DNA from: Catajapyx aquilonaris
Lineage: Eukaryota
DNA: 64,000 bases
Direction of reading: 5' to 3'
Assembly (NCBI GenBank): GCA_000934665.2
Contig: JYFJ02001466.1
Coordinates: 1 to 64,000, forward strand
Shown in pieces: positions 48,908 through 62,375 of this stretch. Position numbers and translations under genes: made by a program. A model generated the notes under the pieces. The model was given only the letters and a program-made list of their open reading frames with translations. It searched no databases and had not been told where the DNA came from. Positions within the stretch are counted from its first letter, which is position 1, and every line of letters begins with the position of its first letter.

Positions 48908-51542
48908 TTTTGAGTCATGTGCAGACGGTAATTGGATGAAGCTATGTTGGCAGAATCGTCGACCATACTCTGTGAATCAAATCACATGCATCAGAGTTGA
49001 AGAGCAGAGGAAAAAAAGTAGCTTGAGGCATTGGCGATATAATATGTGCTGAACACAATTATTAAATGAGAGTAGGATCTACTAATAGTCATCATGATTG
49101 GTCAGGCGCGTGCCACTTGGCTCCGATACCTCGCCAACACTACATCCTCTTCCTGGCCTCTCTTGAAAACGACACGTGCTACTATAACCGACTAAAACAT
49201 TGTGAACATGTTGGAAAAGCGTACAAGTATGGATGCAACATTTCAGTATAACTGCATTATAATGTCAAATGGCATTTTGACATACTATTCACATAGAACT
49301 TTCAGCTACATATGAGTTTGGTGAATATCTTTTCCACGTCCTTTTTGTATTGAAGCCCACAATATTCAGCAGCAGTGTTGTCACTATTTTTTCAGTTCCA
49401 CCATATTTGCTCATGCTGGTAATTTCAGTAGTGCGCTTTGTGATAATGGCCATATCTTTCCAAAATTGCCCATATTAAGGTATTGAGACGATGGAGGTCA
49501 CGGTACTAAAATCAATAATGGCAGAGGCACACAACAGGTTACCTTCGGATATTTACCTCCAGTGTCCTCACTGCTTAAATGATTTGCCTCATCATAATTT
49601 ATTACGATGTGAAGTAATAATAGAGGCAATAGATATCAGAGATGGAAGGCTTCATATGGGCCGCCTTGATGGTTACATTAATTCAGCGTTGATTTCATTA
49701 CAGATATTCCCCATACACCTCTAACTCCCAAGCAATTGAGCACATACCTCAGTCGCTATCTGCATAGTCCATCAGGAGGAAAGCATCTACCTAGCTTTAA
49801 AGTGGACGGAGAAATAGTATGTGGAGAACCTCTGCCTCCAATTATCGTAAGTTACCAGCATTTATCATTACATTATTTATAACTACTGTGCATTAATAAT
49901 GTCCCTTCACATGCAGGCCTCTCGCTTCATCTTCAAATTCCGGCAATTCCGTGGTCCGGAAGAACACGGACCAGCTCTCAAGAGACTTAAGGATATCTTG
50001 TCCAGCCAAAAATTCGAATCCAAAGACGTCATCATGTTTCCTTATTCCCTAATGCTGTCCCTTTGGGAGACTGAAACAGTAAGTTCGTCACAACGGAACA
50101 ATGATCTATTGCAGGATCGGTGCAGGATCTATTGCAGGACATAATTTTTAGTGAGGTTGTTCCTAATAATTACGAGGGCACATGAAAACATGAAACTGAG
50201 GTTTTGCGTATACCCAACTGTCAAATATGGATTTTTTAAAAACTTGAATTGGCCTCAAAAAGTGTCATGGGATTTTAATATATCCAGGGTTCTCAGTTGG
50301 GTATCTAATTAGGAAAATCCTGACGTTTTCGTTGAATACTTGGCTATTATATAAACAACCTCATTGTGAATTATTGCAGCATGAGCCATAAAACAGATCC
50401 AGCAACAAATCTTTTTTCACATATTACATGATTGTATTACGTATGTTACATAATGTATAGTTAGCGTGGGCAATACACGTGTTCTTCCTTCTACGCAGCT
50501 GATTGGCGAAGAGCTGATCCGAAACTTGGCCTGCGCGATGGTTTGCATATTCATATGCACCTTCGTGCTCATAGCCAACGTGGTCACCAGCATGGGAGTG
50601 TTCCTGTGCGTCGTAATGACGCTGATAGACGTGACTGGCCTGATGCACTTCTGGGGCATCACTCTGGACACCATGACCTGCATCGTGCTGGTGCTGGCCG
50701 TCGGTCTCTGCGTGGACTACGCCGCCCACACGGGGCACTACTTCATGAAGTGTACAGGTTCCAGGGATAGCCGAGTTAGGCAAACTATGTACGAGATAGC
50801 TCCGGCTGTCTTCTGCGGAGGATTTAGTACCTTCATCTCGTTCGTATTCCTCATGAATGCGTCGTCTAGAGGATTCGTCGTGTTTTTTAAGGTAAAGCAG
50901 GTGTAATATATAACCAAGAGTTATTAGCTCTTCATATAACGGAGGGAGTTGTTTTGATGTATTTTGGATATGTAGGCGTGTAGGCTGTGACGTTATTGTC
51001 TCGACGTTTTGCGTCATTTGTGTGATTAAGGTGATACTTCCTCTAGAATACATTTTTTTCACCCAACTGCTTCTGACAGGGCAGTTCACCTTGTTGGCTG
51101 GCTTATGCCCTTATCTTGTGGAATTTTATACTACAGTGTTTTCTCATCGTTGCAGGTGTTTTTCATGGTTGTAATGATTGGGATGTACCATGGCATTGTT
51201 ATACTACCTATATTCCTTCGATATTTGGGACCAGCACCATACTTCTCTAGTCAAGAAGAAGAAGCAACAATGGAACTTGAAAAGATGCTGAATGGAAAAG
51301 CCAATAATCACGTTGAGGTAACGTGCAAATTATTCGATGCTAATTTACACGCAAAATTAATGCAGAAGTGGCTACAGGTTTTGTCACGCCTCCAGAAAAA
51401 CATTAATATGATATTTTTTACCGCCCCTTTTCAGAGCATTTACGTTCCCAACGCTAAGCAATACGAAGATAAATCGTTGCTTCATCTCCAAATGAATGGC
51501 CTTCATAAGAAGGACAACAGTAGTGCGGACAATCCAGTATGA
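33719..51542 (+). CDS. Patched-related / NPC1-like sterol-sensing-domain RND-family transporter (~1017 aa, 15 exons)
   Basis: Exons 33719-33837, 38404-38650, 38733-38803, 38875-39267, 39375-39546, 41139-41239, 44807-44927, 45185-45481, 46622-46870, 46940-47255, 49704-49846, 49917-50078, 50499-50891, 51156-51317, 51435-51542 (3054 nt, in frame). Motifs FYHWGLAVGRKPW, LWLPSNS, LPFLLLGLGVDDAFVI, HAGVSITVTSLTD, SLPALRSFC, LAVGLCVDYAAH, FFKVFFMVVMIGMYHGIVILP. Confidence 0.93.
40861..40904. repeat. (CT)n microsatellite, 22 units, intronic
   Basis: Directly visible. Confidence 0.97.
46106..46143 (+). repeat. Poly(A) tract (~38 nt), intronic
   Basis: Directly visible; no convincing TSD or retroposon body found. 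Confidence 0.9.
47389..47495. mobile_element. Small MITE-like element with ~30-bp TIRs
   Basis: ggttgtatgaacaggagttaatgttaa ... ttaaccttaactcatgttcatacaacc. Confidence 0.6.
47773..47822. repeat. 50-bp near-perfect palindrome in an intron of the patched-related gene
   Basis: gtagcatttcaatgaagcctgtgtg|cacacaggtttcattgaaatgctgc, two mismatches. Confidence 0.9.
48610..48902 (+). mobile_element. tRNA-derived SINE with a (TA)n tail
   Basis: A box TGGCCGTGATGG, B box GGTTCGATCCC, about 30 TA units at the 3' end. Direct repeat tatacttttgagtcatgtg at 48591-48609 and 48903-48921 is the TSD; its left edge is ambiguous against the TA tail. Confidence 0.9.
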
Positions 51543-54500
51543 CAAGTTTAGTGAATCGAGTGGGACTTTACTCTCTGCGCCAAGAGCTCCTCACGTTACA
51601 GTTGTGGTCTCCTCTAGAAACATATCCCAAGTCCTCCCAGATCAAGTGTATCACGAACTTGAGTCAATTTGAGGACACAGCGGGCTGTAGACGACATATT
51701 TAACGCCTTGAACACTGAAGTTGACGTGGACCAAAGCGTTCGTTGGAGCAGCACAAAGATGACATCAGCATTTCGCGTACGACACGAACTCTCACGAGAC
51801 AATTTTTTTGATACAGTATTGTTGTTTCCGTCTCAAAGTTAAGTATATGTTCACTTGGCCCTAATTTACCACATGTGATATTATCAAGTGAATTTATACG
51901 AGGTACAGTGTGTACTAATGGTTGCGCTCTAGTCATCGCTCCGGGGATATTCATTCCGCCAAGTGTAGCCCTAGGATCTTTACAGGGCCAGTGGAATCGC
52001 TATTTTGTGACTATTGTTGGAATGAAAAGAATAATATGTAATAAGTAAGCAGAATGTCCAATAAAATGTTGTCGTAAATACACACGAATTACTGTATACT
52101 AATGCCTGACCTGTAAAAATAGTTTTGGCCAAACATATTCTGGCGTGGTATTTATGTATTTAATTACTCATTAATTTATTCGTAAAAATTCTCCTTGGGT
52201 TGCATCTCAGGATAATTATGTTTGGTCAAAACTACTCGTATTTTTTTTGGCAGAAAACTACCTGGACGGAATATTTCATATCAATTAAAATTGTTGTGGG
52301 TGTTTTTTTCTGGCCCACGCGCGTAATGTCTGGGGCACTTCAGATGAAAACGAGGACAACAGTACTGAACAAATCGGCACATTCTCCTTGCTGAGTCATC
52401 TGTAGAGTTCAAAGGCAAATTCAATGAGGTCACCCGTCTGCTAGTCTCCCCGCACCAAATGGCAGTTCACGTACATTGTTGTTTTGCCCTTGTAAGGTGT
52501 ATCTTGTGATATTTTCATGAGGTCCACCAACTCAACATTCGATAAAATAATACAAGTTCGTACTTACAAGTCACATTTTGATTTTGACTGATACATTTTC
52601 ATCAGTGACTTTTCCCCTTATTTAATAAAGTTTGGAGACGGGATGAATAAACACACCAATTTTCCACTTCCATATTTGCCTGGAGTTCCGAGCATATTTT
52701 TGCGGTTTGGACCTTGGCATCTAGAAATGAGATTCAGCTTTATCGTTATCAGAGGAAATGATGACAGGCCTGAAGGAAACCGCGAGGCACACCATCACCA
52801 CATCATGCTTCCAAATCTGAGCACATGATTCAAAAACTTACATGATGAATAATGCAAATAAATTTCATTTACTGGGTTTTTTTCTTCCATCCACGCAATT
52901 AGTGGCCATTGACCATTCTGACAGTCCTTGAATGCAATTTAAAAGGCATTATATTTGTGCCTTACGTCCGTGCATAAAATGTATTGTTTAATTACTATTT
53001 ATTTGGAACGCACAATCGTGTATTATACACAGAGCTCTTTGAAATGCCAGTAATTATGTTAGTTGTCGTCATGCAATAAGTTCAAGGTAGGCAGGCCAGA
53101 AACCTGTTTTTGTAAAGCAGTTGTGTGAACAACAAATACGTGCAAGTATGCAAAAAATGACTATAATGCAAAATTGCATTTAATTATGCAACACATAATG
53201 ACCTGAAAATTAAATTTGTGAATGACACCCCTAACTGATAATTGTGTAATGCTACCAGTAATTGACATGCCTGTTTCAGTAACGGACAGCTAACATAGTT
53301 AATTACACCGGTTACGAAACCTTTATACTTAGTAACTAACGTTCGGTCTTTTAGGCACTGATGCACCTAATAAAAAACAGCACATTAAATCTGTGGAGTC
53401 CTTTCTGAATACCTGGAGGTCAACCAAACGACTGGCAACAAACACTTTTCTCCACTATCTAGTGCAAGTGCAATATTATTGCTATCTGTATAATTAAGGC
53501 GACAGCATGATGTAGCGTGGTTGATAAAAACGTCCGATACACATTCCCATGTATTGCAGGTCCATGGTCTCCAATTGAAAAATGGGTCAACAGCCCCCTC
53601 CCTTCCCATCAGCTTATGATAGTGCCTATACTTTCTGCAAAAAAGTTACCTCTTTTCAAAATGTCAACAATAAAAGTGACACTGCATTTTTCACAGCGCA
53701 AATGGCCCTTATTATATCGTACACGAAATCGTGCCACTGAGACGAAACTACCAGTGTTGTACAGTGTCACTTATGACAATGTCCATTACAATCATGTTCC
53801 CGAATTATTTTCAAGTCCTCTAGATAAAGGTAAGAAGGACCTGTTGTTTTTGTCAATTAATAATAAATTCCTATATATTCCTATACGAGTAATTAGATAG
53901 AAATAATACACTTTAGTTGTTCGAGTTGGGCGTGCGCAATTAGTTTTTCCATATTTCAATGCAAAACGCAACTTGTGGTATCACGTGAAGAGTTACAAGG
54001 CCGCTTGTATTGTATTCCCTCAAGTTCTGGAAAAAAAAAAAGTCGTTTTGTGACGCCCTCTAAGGACGATCAGAGAGAAGCTAAATGCACACCTCTAAGT
54101 TGAAGATTGAGAAACACATTGCCTTACGTATTAAAAGGTTTTTTGGGGTTTTGAAGAAAAAAACTTCGGAGCACTTCGTTAATCCTGAGCCCATTTTCAC
54201 ATGGGCGGGGAAAGTAATAAGTCAAGTGCGAATACGTGCAAATTCATATAAACTACACCCCTTTGTACAAGGCAAGAGTCTTTCATTCAGTTTTATTTTA
54301 GTAACATGTAACATTACAATGCTTTTGCCTCCAATTACCGCCTCGCAATAAAGTGCTTAAGCAAATAGACGCCACAATGCCAGAATTGCGCATCAGAACT
54401 TTTGTTCATGAAAATGTGACTCATGCTTTCTTGTGACTAGAGTACATTAGCAGCTATCTACTCCTCAGGGAGTAACATTATCGCGACATTTATATGAATT

Positions 54501-57500
54501 TTAAGTTCTGTAAATCAGGCATTATTTCAATTAGAGGTTTTCTTATGCAGGCAGCATCAATAGCCTGGGTTACGTAATATCTACGGGCGTCCCATGATCT
54601 GCAAGACAGCTCCTCTACGTAACAGGAAGGGAATCACAGAAGGTCATCCACCCTGAAAAGTCGTTGAAGTCATCTCGTGGCTTACCACCCTGAAAAGATA
54701 GTCATGTCTTTGGTATTTGGAGCCGGCGAAGTTCCTTTGTTCAGAATAAAGATTTTTTAAGACTCATTAGTATTCTTCAGAGATTCACACTACACAGTCA
54801 CTTCAATGATGATGGACCGTGTCCATCGGTGTCGATGCACTCTTCTTGGCTATAGAGAACTTCTGAGAATCTTTCATTTACAAGTCGTGCCGTTTTTATA
54901 GGCTGTTTCATAGGATGTTAATTTGCGTCCATCCTGTTCACACATGCATTTTGCAAAAAAAAAAAGAGACGTCAACTAGTATTACGAGTAAATCTATAGC
55001 ACTCAGTCTCATTGTATAGATGTTATTTGTAGCAGTTACCTGATGTTCCTACAGTACAACCCTCCATATCGGTCCTGTCAAGTCTAGCCTGTATCTTTGC
55101 AATGTTTGTACGTCATATGCCAGTAAAAAAAGTACTGAAAATTTCAGGAACATTTCCTGCTTGTTTCATAAGACTATAGTGACAAGCTTAATTGCCTTCT
55201 ATAACAGCGTGTAACGTTTTCAATAACTTGATTTCTCCCTGTTCTAGCCTTTGTACAGTATAGAGTACCTGCTTACAGTGACAGTGAATTCAATGTGGCT
55301 TATACGCAAGTCGTGCACTGCACATTTTCATGATATTCAAAGGAGGGTAATTGTTATTTGCATATTGTATTTTTATTTATATTTATGTGGATATATACAG
55401 TATGTGAAACAAAACTAAATTTGATTATATACCTTGCAAAATTTGGCATTGTTTCATGTTGAGTTATAGTGACACTTCATTTAAGCTGTAAGTTACAGCT
55501 ATAATCAAAGAATCAGAAACACTGAGCAATAATAAAAATGTTTTTCCCGTTGGAATATACGCAATCTGATTATGCAACACGGTCATTATGAATCATGAAG
55601 TGCACGCGCCTAAAAATAGCGCACCTAAATTAATTACCTCCGGCAAATCGCCAGTGCAACTTCGCAAAAAAAAAAATATCGCACGCCATATCATTCCTGG
55701 CAACAAAGATCACTCATATGGACTACACCCCAATCCTTATGCAGGGACAAGAGGAAACACACGCATCAAACACAATACAACAACAAAAAATCCCCGGGAA
55801 ACCCTGCCCAACTAGTTTGGAAGCTACTGAGAATTACATCGTAAAACCCGCTCCCAGGTTATGCCTATACACCTCAACAGGAGTGCCAACTAATGTCCCA
55901 AAATTTAGTAAAAAGTCTTCTGCCATGCAAATTTGGACTAATATTATTTTCAAAAAAAGTTGCTGTATCGATGGCAACCCTGTCAACCCCCCGACAGATG
56001 GTACGGCAATCGACGTCACATGCGTATGATGCAGCCAGCTGAGCTCTGCATCTGAAGGCAGGGGCCGCTCCGGATTCGTTGTCCCGGCTGGGCCCCGCAC
56101 CGGGTGCTCAAGGCCAGCTGGTGCACACAACACAACCCAGCACACTCGCCTAAACAACACACGAGGAGGGGGTGCAGTCAAGTGGGGGGATCCAGCCTGA
56201 GAGGTTCTCTTCGGTTTTCAGTTGCTGCTGGCCACTGGAGGTTGCTGGCAACTGGGGCTGGCCACACTTCAAAAAACATAAACCAGGTGAGCCCCCCACA
56301 AGGTCACCACCTGGTTGACATTTTTTGGGTGTAGTGGCAATGGTCGAATCAAGAGGGCATTGAACGTAAGCACGTTGCCCACTCTATCGATTCGGTTTGG
56401 TTGCTATACTTTTCCTTTCATTTTGAGCTTGAGTAGACCTGCGATAAGTGCTAGCTGATTTCAAGGCCGGTTTTTGGGTCATTTGCAAGTCCGATTTGTA
56501 GGGTGCAGTTGGTTATGACAGGTCATTTGTGAGTCAAAGTAGTGTCAGCATATCGGATTTGTCTGCAACTTGCAAAGTGCAAAGTCCCAGAAACATATGT
56601 GCATAACAGAAAATGTCCAATTTCTATAAATTTGAATTCGTACAACCCTGTGTAACGACCGATTTCGAGTCATAAAATGTTCGAAGTGTGTCAAGATTGT
56701 AGTGGTTGATTGGCGGTTGCTATGGAAAAACTTACCACAAATCGTGTAGGTTTCAGTAAGTTGCCATTAGTAACGGGCAAACGACCACTTCAACCTTGGG
56801 GTATACACAAGTCTTACTCTGTGTATGTACGAAATTTGGACACACATGGCCACTAAATGCATGTGGCGTGTTAATGAAACCAGACTCCATGGAATGAATA
56901 TGCATGCTGATAATTCCGTAAGCTCAACTCTGTAATAGTGCATGTAGAAAAAGAATGACATGACCATTATGCACGCCTTAACCAGGATTTAATTTCACTT
57001 GTTTTCTGTTTTTGAAAAAAAAAAAAACACTACCAAGGATTCCTTATAGGTGTAGCTTTGGAGTAACTTTCGTATTATCCACCACAAGGATGCGGAACCT
57101 TTCGTGCAGATGGAAATTTCAATTCCGCCTATCTTGCCTGAAGTAAGCAACCTTTAATTACAATCTGCGTATGTATACTGGAAGATAACCACTGGCTGTG
57201 CAGCTCGAACAAATGTGTAGGGAAAGCAAGGTGCCAATATGTAAACATTAGTTTCTGTTGGCATCTTGTTGACTGTTCTTTCCATGCCCATTTGCAAGTC
57301 ACGAACTGCTTCAAATTAGGTTTAATCGGGTGAAAGGTGTACGATTGCTCAAATAGCAATTATTTTGGCAACAGTTCAAAGTTCTGTCATCATGTGGCCT
57401 AGGCTTACACCTTTGTGACAAAAGATGAGCGCGGTTTTATTTGGGGACAAGATGCGGAAAGATATTCCGACAGAGAGTTGTTTGGGAATATATACAATGT

Positions 57501-60192
57501 GAGTCGCTTTTGGTCATCTGCCAATGCTTTGTTTACTCCTGAACTTGACCATCATCTCGCAAGGCTAACATATGCTTGGAATTTGTGGGAAAATTTTTGT
57601 GAACTATCATTCTATCCTGTAGCATGTACTTATCTGCTCTTAATTTATACAAACTTAATAATTCAAGAGTTGTATGACCATGGGTTTTTTTCTTCAGAAT
57701 AATGAAACAAGAGCGTGATTCGAAAACAAAAACTTCCTCTAGTCCAAATATCACTTACAAGGCTCGAGATTCTCACGTTTCACAGACAATATCCAAGGGA
57801 ATAATCGTTACGAGACGAAGGTCGGTCATTATTGACCATGAACAGTTTTATGATCATCCTGATTTTATTCACATGAATGGCCAATTGGCTTCGAATTGTT
57901 TCGGATTCTTGCCGCATAATTTGCAATGCAGTTTTTTTTGTATTGTGGTATTGCTATAGCAGACCTAGTCTCATTCTGAAGAGCCTCTTTCGTAGTTTAT
58001 AGTTACCTTGAAAAGTGTTATGCAAAAGTGTGGGTTTTTTGTACGGTAAATCAGAAATCGAGAGAAAATTGTTCTGCTTGCAGCTCGTTTGATATTGAAG
58101 AGGTTAATTTATTCCGCTTAGTCACGATTGTAGTTATGAGAACTTTTGTATATTCAAACATAAGTGGATTTTAAAAAAGATTGATAAAGACAACTACAGC
58201 AACGAGGGACTTGGCGAAACAACCGGTTTTTGATTGGCAACGTCAGCGAAAAACGCGACAAAAAACTACTATGGTAAGCTGTGTAGACCTACGTCATGAA
58301 ATACAGATCTCACAGTTGAGTGATTTTGACATATGAGATTTGAAAATTCTATTGCTTATCTAGGGGACTGTAATTGCCCTGGCAGAAATCTGATTTTATC
58401 ATCACAAAGTGCTTGTCAAGGACAGTATAATAAACAATGTCTAATTAAATTTACTGACAAAAATGTGACTTTGACAGTTCTTCAATGGTGTTAATCGCAG
58501 GGTTCGACAACATGTGACGCAATAGCATCTGGTACAGTACAAGCCACAAATTGTTATCATAAAAGAAGGTAATGAGATGACGGATTCACGCTATGCCAGG
58601 TAACGCCAGCAGTAATAAAGATCACTTCCTGGTTTTGAGAAACTATAGTATTTACTCATGCATCCTGGCACAAAGTTGGTAAGAACTGGTTTGCAACCTA
58701 TGAAATCATCTTCCCACTTCATAAGGGTATATTATATATAAAAAAGACATAAGCCACATCGATTAAAATACCTCTGGAATGAGGTTAGACCTTTACCACT
58801 TATGAGTTGGTATGTACTGGCGAGCTGAAAGCAACATCGTTTGCCTGACAGCAAAATGGGAAAGGTGAATTGAAGCACGGATTCTTAAAACTGACCTCTT
58901 TGTATGCGCCATGTTTTTTATACTAGTAATAGCACGATACATCTGGGTTTCACAGAATATAAGCCTACTTAGCTATGAAAAATTATGCGGACATTTTTTT
59001 ATTACTCGGAGACTGTCCTTGGACAACATAAAAAGTGGTACCACCATGGAAAACTGATGGGGGGGGGGGGGGGTTATTGCAACAAGTTTAATAAAAACCG
59101 TCCCAGAACTCGCCTAATTGTTGCGGATTCCTTTGGGACGAGATGCAAAAAAAAAAGTGCGTTAACTAGATTCAACCAGACTAACTCCAGACTTGCATAA
59201 AAAAAGGAAGGTAGTGAGAAACCAAACCAGATTCGCTTGTATGGCCATGAGAGTGCTATTTAAAAAAGGTATAGAGTGACCGAGAGCTAGAGTGAAATTC
59301 AAGGGCAGTGTGTATATGTTTTAAAATAAGTTAATGATATTAACACGCGATGGAATTCAGTTCCATTGCCTCTATTATTATTGTTCTACTGAAACGGTAA
59401 CCTTCATGCAACGGTAGGTGACAATTTTTTTTATAAAAAAAATCTCTCATGCGCAGCTAAGAACTCTCAATGTCAGCACATTTCTCGGCTGGTAATTGCT
59501 GAAATAACAAATTATATAATTGCAAAATTCATCGCGGATGTGAAATACTTAACTTTTTCCTTGTCATATGCTATAACCGAAGAGCACCGTTCTTCGTTAT
59601 ATGAAACTATGTGTGCATTTAAACACCCGCGGGCTTCGATTCTCAAGTTATAATTACGCTGTCTACTTCCTCAGAGGGCGTGGAAAATGGTACATGTTGG
59701 CAAAAACTGTGTTCAAAACCACCATTCATATCTTTAGATCTGGTTCTGGCTCTGATAAAAACTGCTCGCATATATTTCTGACACGTGTAGGAGTTATCCT
59801 TCAGAATTGTGGTATAGACCTATATCCTAGTGTTTCTATATGTATAGTAAGGCCCTTGGCTTTTCGTGTTCTTGTAACCGTACGTATAAAAGTCCAATTA
59901 TATCTTGCGTCATCAATGGGAATGCACGTCAGGAGGTCTACTCATCAAATTAGTCCGTGAGAATGATCATATCTGCGGGCAAAGGTGGCTGGCATTCACG
60001 TGGACCATCTCTTGATTACTAAGTCATCGACCCTTGCGTGTATAACGATGACGCAGTGATTCACGTCATTAAAACACGTCACTAGTGAGAGTCGACTTCC
60101 TAAAAATGGACCTCTTTTTTTTCATTAACGCATGCTATCTTTTTTTGTGTGTACCTGCAAAAGAAAGACGCTTAACTAATCCTTTCTCTCTC

Positions 60193-60299
60193 ATGGCAGC
60201 AATGGAGCATCCAAAGGACGTGACCAAACCTTCGATGGCACCTCTTCTTCAGCGCATCAGCCACACTCTCACAACCTCAATTCAGGGATGCTTTTACCG
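60193..60299 (+). CDS. First coding exon of a probable tandem patched-related paralogue; remainder beyond the window
   Basis: MAAMEHPKDVTKPSMAPLLQRISHTLTTSIQGCFYR with a phase-2 donor (CG|gtcagt). Resembles exon 1 of the upstream gene (…CCQRISTRIIGSMETFFY, also phase 2). Confidence 0.72.
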
Positions 60300-62033
60300 G
60301 TCAGTATACTATATCCCATGTCCGAAAAAATGGCCCCATGCTTGTTATACACCCACTATTCTAGACACCAAAAACCTGCACCGGTTTGGAAACAGTTCAC
60401 AGTCGTTCGCCATAGTTGGTCAAGGTCGTCAACTGTGGGTGGATGGCCAAAATTTATGCTCTTCCTCTTCATGCATCGGATTGCACAAGTGCAACTGTCC
60501 TCAAAGGTCCAAAGTCCTCCTTAGGACAATCATGCACACACACAGGGGTACAACAACAAAAAAAAGAGAGTGGTGTAATTACAGGCGTCCATTTCGGTTT
60601 CCACAATGCTTTCGCTGCGGTTGTCATTTGGGCTGTCCGGTACAGAAAGGGAGTTGGGTCAAGGCGGGGTCAGCCGCACGTCAAAGTTACGAAAGGAACT
60701 GCTTGTACAGGGTGTACGTACCGCAGTTTTCCGCAGAATAAATCATGTGATGCGATTATTTTTTTTCTTCAAACCGCTTACCTTGAAGATGGAGGAGGAT
60801 GTGGCTTTTTTCGACGTTTAGAAATTATAGAGAAAAATGTGGTTACAAGCTGTCATTGACACACTGTTTGAATATTTAATCATCAAATCGTCATTATCAC
60901 CTTGCATGATGTGTAGGGCAGCAACACCTTTGTGAAATAATTCATTGCATTTGAAACTAGAAGTACGAACTGTAATTCTTGATGGTTATATAAAATTAAA
61001 TTAATGCAGGCATTATTACTGAAGGACATTCAGTAACGTGCTATTCATTTTATATGCAAAAAATAGTGAAGCTTTGACATGCTTCATAGTGAATCACGCA
61101 ATTTGAAATGTGCAGACTCATGCAAAGTGCGATTTTTATTTCAAAATCCTTTAAATTCCATGTCATCAGGCGGTTCACCAACGCGTGAAAATATGCTGGT
61201 CACACACAAGCAATGTTTCAATTGTATTCCCGTGCTTGGATATTAAGAGTGGGAAATTTTTTAGATGCTACGTAGGAGATAAGGAGCGCGCTAAAAATTT
61301 CGAGCTTCGGATACTAGGACAAGCCTTTAAAAAAAAAAACTTGAATTGTCCAAGTCCTCGACATCTAACTTGAGGGCACTTTCTCAATTCTGGCTTGCAG
61401 CAAATCTGATCTGTACAGTGCATCTCTCCATAGCCCGTAGGTTATGAAATAGGCAGTCAAAAAGTGCTATCCAATACACTTTTTAGGTCCAAAAAAGACC
61501 ATATCTTATCACTTTTAAAAAAAACAAGCAAGGAAAAGCACTATGTCCGGTATTTCCCCACAATCGCTTCCAAGGGTCGAAAAAACAACAAGAACAACAA
61601 GATGCCTCGAGTACAAAAGTCGCCGTGTTTTTCCAGGACATGAAATTACACGTGGATCAGGATGACACATAATGTTGAGGACATCCGGGGCCAGAGTCCG
61701 GAGGTCCTCCCCACGCGGTTTCAAATCTAGATTCAACATATCAGGTTGGTGATGCTGGAACTTTTGATGAATGGGAAACCGAAAAAGATAAAGGTCAATT
61801 GGTGAGGATTACTCAATAGTCCATTGTGGTATCCGATCTAGATCCGTTGGGACTGGACACGAAGGACATTGGGGTATTGGGAGGGGGATAATTTTCATTG
61901 TGAGGTTTGTCCTTTAATGCTTGGGCTGAGGCGGATTTTGTGTGATTGCCTGAGACAAAACAATCTAATTTATGCTCCACATGCTATGTCGTGCAGGGTT
62001 CAAAGGAAATAGTTGGGCCACAAAGGACTCTAT

Positions 62034-62375
62034 GGGGCCTTCCAGACGGGCCGACCTTAGCCGCGGCCGGCACCGGCACCGGCCCCGGCACCGGCTTGCG
62101 GAGCCACGGCTGGCCACGGTACCCGTTCAGACGGGCACATATTTAATTTATTTGTAATAGTGGCCGGTAGTCATGGCAGCGACGAAAAACAAGTGACGCG
62201 CAGTATCCGTCGCCGAGGCCAAGCCGTGGCCAAGCAGCGAGCCAACTTCCAGGAAGTCGGCCAACTTGGCCGACTTCTGAACCGTGGCCTGGCCGTGGCC
62301 GTTGCCGTGTGAACCGTCGCGGCCTCCACCGGCCGCGGCTGGCCGCGGCTAAGGTCGGCCCGTCTGGACGGCCCC
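62034..62375. mobile_element. GC-rich MITE (342 bp), PIF/Harbinger-like termini
   Basis: 35-bp TIRs with 34/35 identity (ggggcc[t/g]tccagacgggccgaccttagccgcggcc; 62034-62068 and 62341-62375), flanked by TAT on both sides. Confidence 0.85.

Noticed and set aside
55588..56334. GC-richer intergenic patch with several short ORFs
   Set aside because: No domain motifs, TIR/TSD pair or splice pattern found; probably a repeat relic that cannot be classified by eye.
61515..61930. Coding-like stretch (YQVGD...) reminiscent of a retroelement integrase tail
   Set aside because: Interrupted by stops and the similarity is too short to support a call.
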